This document shows, piece after piece, positions 56,254 to 64,000 of a DNA stretch of 64,000 nt. The first letter of the stretch is position 1, and each line of letters begins with the position of its first letter. The DNA is from Deinococcus sp. Lineage in GTDB: Bacteria; Deinococcota; Deinococci; Deinococcales; Deinococcaceae. Below the pieces are notes generated by a model. It searched no databases and was not told where the DNA came from. It saw only the letters and a program-made list of their open reading frames with translations. The stretch is taken from assembly GCA_965261005.1 (NCBI GenBank), contig OZ253375.1, positions 2,464,001 to 2,528,000 on the forward strand. The letters run 5' to 3'. Both the position numbers and the translations under genes were made by a program.

Positions 56254-56744
56254 GTGAGGGCATGGACCGTCGGCCTTTGTTCAGTAGGCTTGGTAGCCGC
56301 CGCTCTGGTTCTTCCGAGGAAAAGCATGGAAAGTACGCTTGATCGCCGGCAGCTTTTTGATCAACTTGTCTTAAGGCTGTCGAGCAAAGTGAATCTGCGG
56401 CCCATCCCCTGCTCCAAGCTGTTAGATGGCGCTCAAGGGGAAGACGGTTATCTGGCGTGCTTTGATTTCGTCAGTCACCTCAAGGATGATGAGGGAAGTG
56501 AAAAGGACAGCCGCTTAAAAGAACTGAACAACGCCATCCTGAAAATCAAACCCGAAACGCTCAAATCAAAGAACGACTGGGTCGAGAACTACGGCACCTC
56601 GGCTGCTTCTTGGTACGTCGCCAATTTTCCCAACTGGGTATGGACCGTCGGCTTCACCGGGCATTCACTTGCCGGAGACGATTATCCGTCAAGCGTCAAT
56701 CTTCGGGGGACGTCGTTTACGTAGCCTTAATTCACAACCCATGA
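56254..56744 (+). CDS. Putative immunity protein 2, frameshifted near its 3' end as sequenced (stop at 56724; restored stop at 56744)
   Basis: Shares QLF, LSS, PIPCS, CFDF.SH, W.E.YG.S.A.W and WTVGFT.H with protein 1; GDVVYVAL continues in another frame after a G5 run. Confidence 0.65.
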
Positions 56745-57847
56745 CGATGACGCAGACGCAGACATGGCCTGCGTGGACGGGCGCCTGGCACAATATGGCA
56801 GCCAGCAAGAGCGTCCCGTCGCCGAGGCGCATGACCCTCCTCCAGCACTACGGCTTGCAAGCCATGAGCTTGATTGCCGGCACCAGCGGCTTCGAGATGC
56901 GCGTCTTTTTGCCCATCCCCAAGGGGCAGAAGAACCACAAGCCGAGTGCCCGTCCCGTCGTCGCCTTTCGTGGCTCCGAGGGCAGCAAGCTCACGAACGC
57001 CAAGGACGCTTCCGGCCGGCTGGACTTCGATGACGACCTGAGAAGCCGCCAGGTCGGCGAGCGCCAGTTCCGCGAGAACCACGACCTGATCCGCTTTTGG
57101 CTGAACCTCGCCCACCAGAAGGGCCTGCCCGCCGTCACGGGACACTCCCTGGGCGGCGCCCTCGCGCAGATGACGGCCTGTGCCTGGCCCGAGCTGACCG
57201 GCCAGGTCGTCACCTTCCAAGCCCCGGCCATCAACCCGGGGGGCATGGCGAACCTCAAGCACTTCAACGCCAAGCACGAAAAAGACGGCCGGGCCATCGT
57301 CAGTCAGCACGTCCGCTTTGACAACGACGTGGTGGAACAGGCCGGCAACGCGCTGACACCCGGCTTCATGCACCGCTTCGCCACGCCGGCCTCGCCGCTG
57401 ATGGCAACGCTGAGCGTCTTGGCGCAGCCCCTAGCAGCGGTGGCGGGCTTCGGGGTGGGTGGGGTGTCTGGAGAGTGGCAGATGCTCAGAGGCCGGATGA
57501 ACCCGTGGGAAGCGCTGAAGATGCCGTTCAAGGGGGCAGCGACTGGCTTTAATCTGGGCTACCGCCTGCCGCGCACGGGTGAGCACACCACGCCAGCGGT
57601 ACGGGATGAGCTAATCGCGCGGGACCCAGAAGCCATGAAGCTGTTCGGCAAGACCAAAGGGGTCGGCGCGAAGGTGGACTACCTCTCGTCCGAGCGGGTG
57701 AACGACTTGGGCGCGCGGCCGTATGAGCGGCTGCGAGAGGACGTGGGCGGGGTGGACACCACCAACCCCCAGTACGTCGAGGCCCATCAGAAGCTGAGTG
57801 AAATCGCCCAGATCAGCGACAAGTACGTGTTCCGGTGCCCGACCTGA
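56741..57847 (+). CDS. Stand-alone lipase domain paralogous to the C-terminal part of the 906-aa protein
   Basis: FRGSEGSKL, GHSLGGALAQ, WPE..G..VTFQAP. Confidence 0.72.
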   Translation: MTMTQTQTWPAWTGAWHNMAASKSVPSPRRMTLLQHYGLQAMSLIAGTSGFEMRVFLPIPKGQKNHKPSARPVVAFRGSEGSKLTNAKDASGRLDFDDDLRSRQVGERQFRENHDLIRFWLNLAHQKGLPAVTGHSLGGALAQMTACAWPELTGQVVTFQAPAINPGGMANLKHFNAKHEKDGRAIVSQHVRFDNDVVEQAGNALTPGFMHRFATPASPLMATLSVLAQPLAAVAGFGVGGVSGEWQMLRGRMNPWEALKMPFKGAATGFNLGYRLPRTGEHTTPAVRDELIARDPEAMKLFGKTKGVGAKVDYLSSERVNDLGARPYERLREDVGGVDTTNPQYVEAHQKLSEIAQISDKYVFRCPT

Positions 57848-57919
57848 GGGCGCTTTGCGCTAGACTCGGACGGTTGCCCGCGCGGCGTCAGGCGGCGTGG
57901 GCTGTAGGAGGTAGCAGAC

Positions 57920-59014
57920 ATGTCCCTCGGCATCGGAATCGTGGGGCTTCCTAACGTGGGGAAGTCCACCTTGTTCAACGCCATCACGCGGGCGGGCGCC
58001 GTGGCCGCCAACTTTCCCTTCGCCACCATTGACAAAAACGTGGGCGTGGTGGCCGTGCCCGACGAGCGCCTGTCTGCCCTTCAGGCGATCTTCACCAAGG
58101 GCGAGCGGGTGCCGCCCATCATCCCGACCAGCGTCGAGTTCGTGGACATCGCGGGCCTGGTGAAGGGGGCCAGCCGTGGGGAGGGGCTGGGCAACCAGTT
58201 TCTGGCGAACATCCGCGAGGTGGACGCCGTCGCGCACGTGGTCCGCTGCTTTGACGACCCCAACATCGTCCACGTGGCGGGCAGGGTGGACCCCCTCGAC
58301 GACATCGCCACCATCAACACCGAGCTGGTGCTGGCCGACTTGGCAAGCATGGAGCGCCGGGTGGACCGCCTGAAAAAGAGCGCCAAGGGAAACAAAGAGG
58401 ACGCCGAGCTGCTGGCCCTCGCGCAGGAGGTGCTGGCAGTTCTGGAGCGCGGCGACCCGGTGAGAAGCGGAACTTATGAGGCGCCACTTCCCCGGGACTT
58501 CGGCTTGCTGACGGCCAAGCCGGTGATCTACGTCGCCAACGTGGCCGACGACGACTTGGCGCAGGACAACGACATGGTGCGCCTGGTACGCGACTTCGCG
58601 GCGGGGGAGGGGGCCGAGGTCGTCAAGATCAGCGCGCAGATCGAGGGCGAGTTGGCTGAAATGCCCCAGGAGGAGGCGCTCTCCTTTTTGAGCGACCTCG
58701 GCATCGAGGAGCCGGGCCTCGACAAGCTGATTCGCGTCGGCTACCGAACCCTCGGCCTGATCACCTTTATCACCGCCGGCGAAAAGGAGGTGCGCGCCTG
58801 GACGGTGCGGCGTGGCGACAAGGCGCCGCGCGCGGCCGGCACCATTCACACCGACTTCGAGCGCGGCTTTATCCGCGCCGAGGTGATCGGCTGGGACAAG
58901 CTGGTGGAGGCCGGCAGCTGGGCGAACGCCAAAAGTAAGGGCTGGGTGCGCACCGAGGGTAAGGAATACGTGATGCAGGACGGCGACGTCATGAACGTGC
59001 TGTTCAACGTGTAG
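57920..59014 (+). CDS. ychF: Ribosome-binding ATPase YchF
   Basis: GIVGLPNVGKSTLFN, DIAGLV.GAS.GEGLGN, IHTDFERGFIRAE. Confidence 0.97.
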   Translation: MSLGIGIVGLPNVGKSTLFNAITRAGAVAANFPFATIDKNVGVVAVPDERLSALQAIFTKGERVPPIIPTSVEFVDIAGLVKGASRGEGLGNQFLANIREVDAVAHVVRCFDDPNIVHVAGRVDPLDDIATINTELVLADLASMERRVDRLKKSAKGNKEDAELLALAQEVLAVLERGDPVRSGTYEAPLPRDFGLLTAKPVIYVANVADDDLAQDNDMVRLVRDFAAGEGAEVVKISAQIEGELAEMPQEEALSFLSDLGIEEPGLDKLIRVGYRTLGLITFITAGEKEVRAWTVRRGDKAPRAAGTIHTDFERGFIRAEVIGWDKLVEAGSWANAKSKGWVRTEGKEYVMQDGDVMNVLFNV

Positions 59015-59024
59015 CCGGAAAACC

Positions 59025-59804
59025 GTGGACCGAGACTTCATTCTGCGTCTAGAGGCGGCCGTGCAGTACCGGGGCGCCGCCGCATTTGAACAGGCGGCAC
59101 GGCAACCTGGGAATCCGCTGGACGCGGCCGTGGGCCGGCTTGATGGGGCGCTCGCGCTGAAGTTGGCGGGCGCCCCTGAGTTGTGGTGGTACAACCGCCT
59201 CAGCGGCTTGAGCGACGTTCGCCAATTTAAAGCGGCCTTGACCTTTTATGGCGCGCTGCCGTTCGCCATCGAGACATGGCCGATGTTCGAGACTCCCGAA
59301 CTCCTGAGTGTGTTGGCAGAAAAGGGTTTCGCGCCCTTCGCCCGTTCGGCCACCTTGTACGGCCAGCCGTCCGCGCCGCCACATGGCGGCATAGAGACGC
59401 GGGAAGTATCACAGGATGAGCAGCTTTTTGACCGCGTGTACCTGCGCGCCTTTGGCTTCGACGATCCGGCTCAGCAAGCCATGACCTCGCTGGAAAATGG
59501 GGTTCCCGGCGCGCGGCGCTATCTGGCTTTTTTGAACGGCGAGGCGGTGGCCGCCGCCGCCCTGATCGAGCATGAAGGCGTGGCCTACCTGGCCGGGGCC
59601 GCGACCCTGCCCGAGTTTCGGCGGTCGGGCGCGCAGTCAGCCTTGGTCGCGCGCCGTGTTGCGGACGCTGGCAGCGGCGCCCTGGTGGCCGTGACGGCCA
59701 CGTTGGGATCGGGCAGCCAACGCAATCTGGAGCGGCTCGGCCTGCGCGTCGCTCACGTCAAGACAACCTGGCGACAAGAAGGGCCAGCGTACGACGCCAC
59801 TTGA
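59025..59804 (+). CDS. GNAT-family protein
   Basis: LAGAATLPEFRRSGAQSAL, SQRNLERLG. Confidence 0.82.
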   Translation: MDRDFILRLEAAVQYRGAAAFEQAARQPGNPLDAAVGRLDGALALKLAGAPELWWYNRLSGLSDVRQFKAALTFYGALPFAIETWPMFETPELLSVLAEKGFAPFARSATLYGQPSAPPHGGIETREVSQDEQLFDRVYLRAFGFDDPAQQAMTSLENGVPGARRYLAFLNGEAVAAAALIEHEGVAYLAGAATLPEFRRSGAQSALVARRVADAGSGALVAVTATLGSGSQRNLERLGLRVAHVKTTWRQEGPAYDAT

Positions 59805-59895
59805 TGGTCTCACGGCCAAGCCCCGTCTGCACCGAGAGAAACCAAAATGCGCTCGCCGGGACACCGTGTGGGGGCGTTTCTGAGTAGCATGTCGC

Positions 59896-61449
59896 ATGAG
59901 CCATACGACTGCCCTCACCCGACCGCCGCACGGAACCCTGCGGCAGCCCGAAATCAGCGTCGAGGGGGACGTGCTGGCCAGCTACGCCAGCGACGCCTCG
60001 CACCGCTGGGGTCACCTGCTGGGCGTCGCCGCGCCGGCCAGCGAGGCCGAGATCGCCGCGCTGCTCGGAAGCGGCGCACGCCTGCTGCCGGTGGGGGCGC
60101 GCAGCAGCCTGACCGGGGGCGCGGCGGCGGCAGGGGAGGTGGCGCTGTCCACCCGGCGCTTCGACCGTCTGGAATTGCGCGGCGACCTGGTGCGGGTGGG
60201 CGCGGGCGTGACGCTGCGCGACCTGAACGCTTACCTGGCGGAGCATGGCCGCCGCTACCCCGCCGGCCCCACTTGGGACGGCGCCAGCGTGGGTGGCCTG
60301 GTCGCCACCAACGCCGCCGGCCCCGCCACCTTTAAGTACGGCCCGACCCGCCCGTGGGTGGTCGGCCTGACCGCCGTGCTGGCCCCCGGCGACACGCTCG
60401 ACCTGACGCGCGGCGAGGTGCGGGCGCGCGGGCGGAGCTTCACGCTGGCGACCTCGGCTGGCCCCTTAGAAGTTCCCGTGCCCGCCTATGACACGCCCGA
60501 TCTGCCCAAGGTGGCAGGGGGCTACTTCGCGCGCGACAACATGGACCTGCTGGATTTGTTCGTCGGCGCCGAGGGCACCCTGGGCGTGGTGACCGAGGTG
60601 ACGCTGCGCACCGTTCCCCTGGCAGACACGGCGCTGGTCTGGCTGCCGCTCGCGGACGAGGCTCAGGCGCTGCGCCTCGCGGGCGCCCTGCGCGCGGCGG
60701 CCCGGGAGACCTGGCGCGCGAATGATCCCCTCGGCCTCGACGTGGCGGCCATCGAGTCCATGGACGGGCGCTGCCTGGCGCTGCTGCGCGAGGACGGCCT
60801 GACGCGCCTCGTGCCCGCCGGGGCGGGCTACGCGCTGCTGCTTCAGCTGGAGTTGCCCGCCGGATGGGGCACGCCGGAGGCGCTGGAAAACGCCTTCGAC
60901 GAGGACGCCCCCGACCACCCCTTCACCCGCTTGGTCCGGCTGCTGACGGAACACGGCGCGCTGGACGCCGCGCAGATCGCCCTGCCGGGGGACCCGGTCG
61001 CCCGCGAGTTTGTGCAGCTGCGCGAGCGCGTCCCCGAGGGCGTCAACCGCCGCGTTGCGGGGGCCGGGGGTCACAAGGTCGGCGGCGACCCGCTGGTCCC
61101 CTTCGACCAGCTCGGCCCCTGGCTGGGCGAGTTGCGTGCCAGTTTCGCGCGGGCAGGGCTGGACTTGGCCGTGTGGGGCCACCTGTCGGACGGCAACCTG
61201 CACCCCAACCTGGTGCCGCACGCGCCGGGAGACTTCGAGTTGGCCGCCGATTTGATCTACGCCGCCTCGCTGCGCGCCCTGGAACTCGGCGGCGCGCCCC
61301 TGGCGGAACACGGCGTCGGCAAGCACCCGGGCAAACAGCGTTTGCTGAGGGCCATGTACGGCGAGGCGGGCTTGGCGGACATGCGGCGCGTCAAGGCGGC
61401 GCTGGACCCGCACGGGCAGTTGGCGTCGGGGAATATTTTTGGAACGTGA
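59896..61449 (+). CDS. FAD-binding oxidoreductase (GlcD/D-lactate dehydrogenase-like)
   Basis: SSLTGGA, GAEGTLGVVT, GHLSDGNLH, AEHGVG. Confidence 0.88.
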   Translation: MSHTTALTRPPHGTLRQPEISVEGDVLASYASDASHRWGHLLGVAAPASEAEIAALLGSGARLLPVGARSSLTGGAAAAGEVALSTRRFDRLELRGDLVRVGAGVTLRDLNAYLAEHGRRYPAGPTWDGASVGGLVATNAAGPATFKYGPTRPWVVGLTAVLAPGDTLDLTRGEVRARGRSFTLATSAGPLEVPVPAYDTPDLPKVAGGYFARDNMDLLDLFVGAEGTLGVVTEVTLRTVPLADTALVWLPLADEAQALRLAGALRAAARETWRANDPLGLDVAAIESMDGRCLALLREDGLTRLVPAGAGYALLLQLELPAGWGTPEALENAFDEDAPDHPFTRLVRLLTEHGALDAAQIALPGDPVAREFVQLRERVPEGVNRRVAGAGGHKVGGDPLVPFDQLGPWLGELRASFARAGLDLAVWGHLSDGNLHPNLVPHAPGDFELAADLIYAASLRALELGGAPLAEHGVGKHPGKQRLLRAMYGEAGLADMRRVKAALDPHGQLASGNIFGT

Positions 61450-61452
61450 GCT

Positions 61453-61845
61453 TTAAGGGGTCGGGGAAAGGGTTCCCGCCTCGAAGGTCAGCCGCGCCGC
61501 CTTCCGGTTGACTTGCGCTTTCATACTCAGCTGGCGGCGGTAACACAGGTGTGCCCGCGCGTCGCACAAAAACAGGTCGGCGCTAAGGGTGACGAGAACG
61601 GTTTTCATCTCATTCGGCACCTTCAGCTGAAACTTCAATGGGCGCGCGGACGCCCAGTAATGCTCGGGGTCGGTCTTGTCGGGTGTTCCCGAGAGCTTGG
61701 CCGTCTGTTCGCCCCAGGGCGTCCTCAGCGTGACGGTCGAGCTGCCCAGCCGGTTGAACAGCACGCCGGGCGGCGCGGGCACCCGCACCTCGATAGTCCC
61801 AGCGGGCGCCACTCCCAACGCGAGGGCCAACCATAAGCTCAGCAT
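61453..61845 (-). CDS. Secreted hypothetical protein with a Cys pair
   Basis: Signal peptide; LFLCDARAHLCY; starts right after the redoxin stop. Confidence 0.6.
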   Translation of the reverse strand: MLSLWLALALGVAPAGTIEVRVPAPPGVLFNRLGSSTVTLRTPWGEQTAKLSGTPDKTDPEHYWASARPLKFQLKVPNEMKTVLVTLSADLFLCDARAHLCYRRQLSMKAQVNRKAARLTFEAGTLSPTP

Positions 61846-62370
61846 CTACTTCTCCGCGAGCAGCTTCTTCAAAGTCGCTTCCAGCCCCGGAATCGCGTCC
61901 GGGTAGCGGCTGGAAATCTCGCCGGCGTGGACCTCCCGGATGACCCCTTTTCGGTCAATCAGGTAAAAGGCGGGCCAGTAGCTGTTCTGGTAAGCGTTCC
62001 AGGTGGCGTTCTGGTTGTCCTGCACCACCGGCCAAGTGACGCCGTCGCGCTTCAGCGAGGCCGCGACACTCAAAAGCGGCTTGTCCGACTCGAACTCGGG
62101 GGTGTGGACGCCCACGATTTCCAGGCCCTGCCCCTTGTACTTGGCGTACCACGCCTCCAGGGTCGGCAAGCTGTTGTGGCAGTTGACGCACGAGTAGACC
62201 CAGATGTTGAGCAGCACGACCTTGCCCTTTAAGTCCGCGAGGTGCAGCGGCTGGCTGTTGAGCCACCCACCTCCGGGAATCACCTCCGGCGCCTTTTCCC
62301 CAACGCCCACAGCGAGGGCCGGTGAATATACCGCTCCCAGCAGCGCAAGCCCCAAAACGAGTCTTTTCAT
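61846..62370 (-). CDS. Exported thioredoxin-like redoxin (DipZ/TlpA-like)
   Basis: Signal peptide, [32 protein letters not shown]. Confidence 0.88.
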   Translation of the reverse strand: MKRLVLGLALLGAVYSPALAVGVGEKAPEVIPGGGWLNSQPLHLADLKGKVVLLNIWVYSCVNCHNSLPTLEAWYAKYKGQGLEIVGVHTPEFESDKPLLSVAASLKRDGVTWPVVQDNQNATWNAYQNSYWPAFYLIDRKGVIREVHAGEISSRYPDAIPGLEATLKKLLAEK

Positions 62371-62436
62371 ACTGCCTCCTTGCCTGAAGTACGCCGCCGG
62401 GTGGGGCCGGGGTTCACATGCCCTAGAATCGCCGGC

Positions 62437-63018
62437 ATGCAGGCCCTGGTGCAGACGATTGAACGGCACGGCGTGGCGCTGCCGGGGGGCATTCTCAAGG
62501 TGGACGCGCTGCTGAACCACCAGCTGTGGCCGGCCCTGACGCGCGAGATGGGCGCCCACCTCGCGGCGCACTTCGCGCCCCTCTCGCCCAACAAAATCCT
62601 GACCGCCGAGGTCAGCGGCATCGCGCCTGCCCTGGTCACGGCCCTCAACTTGAACGTGCCCCTGCTCTACGCCCGCAAGCGGCGCCCCGTCACCATGACC
62701 GGCCCGGTTTTCGTGGCGCGCAGCCTCAGCCGCACCGGGGGCGGGGAGGTCACGCTGTTCGTCAGCGGAGAATTTCTGGGGCCGGGGGACCGCGTGGTCG
62801 TGATCGACGACTTTTTGGCCAGCGGCGGCACCTTGCTGGCCCTGGCGGACCTCATCTCGCAAGGGGGCGCCACTTTGCTGGGCGTCGGCTGCGTGATCGA
62901 GAAAGCCTTCGAGCGCGGGCGCGAGCGTCTGGCCCATTTGAGCGTGCCGGTGCACACGCTGGCGGTCGTTCAGGCCATGAGCGAAGAAGGTGGAATTGAG
63001 GTGGCGGCAGGACGGTAA
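62437..63018 (+). CDS. xpt: Xanthine phosphoribosyltransferase
   Basis: [29 protein letters not shown]. Confidence 0.9.
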   Translation: MQALVQTIERHGVALPGGILKVDALLNHQLWPALTREMGAHLAAHFAPLSPNKILTAEVSGIAPALVTALNLNVPLLYARKRRPVTMTGPVFVARSLSRTGGGEVTLFVSGEFLGPGDRVVVIDDFLASGGTLLALADLISQGGATLLGVGCVIEKAFERGRERLAHLSVPVHTLAVVQAMSEEGGIEVAAGR

Positions 63019-63050
63019 CGGAAACCGCCGGCGCTACGTCAATGGGTGAG

Positions 63051-63473
63051 TCAGTGGGTGAGCGCTTCACCGCCGACACGCAGGAGAAGACCGAGCAGCG
63101 TCACGCGCTCCTCTTCGGAGAAGTCCGCGAATGAGGCGGACAGGACCTCGTTGGCGATGTTGTGACCGGCCGCGAGGGTACTTTTGCCGGCTGAGGTGAG
63201 GTGGTGTTCGATCCGCCGACCGTGCCCTGGCCGGCGCTCGATCAGTCCCTGGGCCAGCAGCCGGCCCGCCAAGGTGCCAAACGCCTGATCGCTCTGAAAA
63301 GTCAGCATGGCCAAAGCGTGAGCGGAGGCGCCCGGCTGCTGCTCGATGGCGCGCAACGCGTCCCACTGGGCAAGCGTCGTTCCCACGGCGATGAGTCCGG
63401 CGTCGAGCGCGCGGTGATGCCGGTACTGGGCCTGCTTGACGACCCGGCCCAACGTTTCCAACTCAACGGGCAT
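63051..63473 (-). CDS. MarR-family regulator
   Basis: TLAQWDALRAI…GLIERR…LTSAGK. Confidence 0.85.
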   Translation of the reverse strand: MPVELETLGRVVKQAQYRHHRALDAGLIAVGTTLAQWDALRAIEQQPGASAHALAMLTFQSDQAFGTLAGRLLAQGLIERRPGHGRRIEHHLTSAGKSTLAAGHNIANEVLSASFADFSEEERVTLLGLLLRVGGEALTH

Positions 63474-63603
63474 GCCGACAACCTAACAGATAAATAAACT
63501 TACGTATACAAATATGTTGATATAAGCTGAGCTTGGATCGGGCTGAAGGAAGCGGGGCAACGTCCCAACTTAGACCGGCATCCGCTTCGAAAGGAAACCG
63601 ACC

Positions 63604-64000
63604 ATGACAGCGCCCATGACCCGCACCGTTGCCCTTCGCCCCGACCTCCAAGTCACCTTGACGGAGGCCGGCAGCGGGCGGCCCGTCCTGATCCTGCATG
63701 GCGGCGGCGGCCCCGTCACCGTCAGCGGCGTCGCGGGGCACCTTGCCGGCCACAGGCATACCATCACGCCGACCCATCCCGGCTGGAACGGCGCCGCCAG
63801 GCCAGCATGGTTCTCCGGCGTGGACGACCTCGCCCTGGCCTACTTGCACTATCTCGAAGACAACGGCCTGCGCGACGCCGTGGTGATCGGCTCGTCCCTT
63901 GGCGGCTGGATCGGGGCGGAGATGGCCTTGCGTGACGGGGCTGGCCGGATCACGGGGCTGGTTCTGATCGACGCCGTCGGCGTCAAGATCGAAGGCGAAC
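63604..64000 (+). CDS. Alpha/beta hydrolase (runs off window end)
   Basis: Manual translation: VLILHGGGG…HPG…IGSSLGGWIGAE. Confidence 0.85.
   Translation, partial: MTAPMTRTVALRPDLQVTLTEAGSGRPVLILHGGGGPVTVSGVAGHLAGHRHTITPTHPGWNGAARPAWFSGVDDLALAYLHYLEDNGLRDAVVIGSSLGGWIGAEMALRDGAGRITGLVLIDAVGVKIEGE

Noticed and set aside
63474..63603. Specific MarR operator
   Set aside because: AT-rich with only weak symmetry; no site can be defined with confidence.

Overview
GC-rich chromosomal segment, most likely from a Deinococcus-type bacterium. This is inferred from the type IB topoisomerase, crtB/crtI, a Cys-less L31 and many apparently leaderless genes. Housekeeping genes include lspA, luxS, ppk2, folC, rpmE, tdk, a DEAD-box helicase, mgsA, ychF and xpt. 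There is a Ugp-like glycerophosphodiester ABC operon and a sugar ABC plus xylA/xylB operon. A decayed accessory patch at 9.5-14.4 kb holds a PL7 alginate lyase and an IS4-like element nested in an IS66 remnant. A second IS disrupts a small gene, and there are three complete type II toxin-antitoxin pairs plus two remnants. Two loci stand out. (1) At 49.5-51.6 kb a TPR + wHTH/BTAD regulator sits head-to-head with an uncalled 54-aa secreted propeptide gene; the TPR half and the peptide gene share a low-GC block, suggesting a peptide-receptor signalling system with a swappable specificity module. (2) At 53-57.8 kb a polymorphic-toxin-like locus has a large lipase, two paralogous candidate immunity genes and a second lipase. 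A candidate structured sRNA lies at 33.77-33.93 kb. All calls come from motif recognition by eye; no database searches were run.
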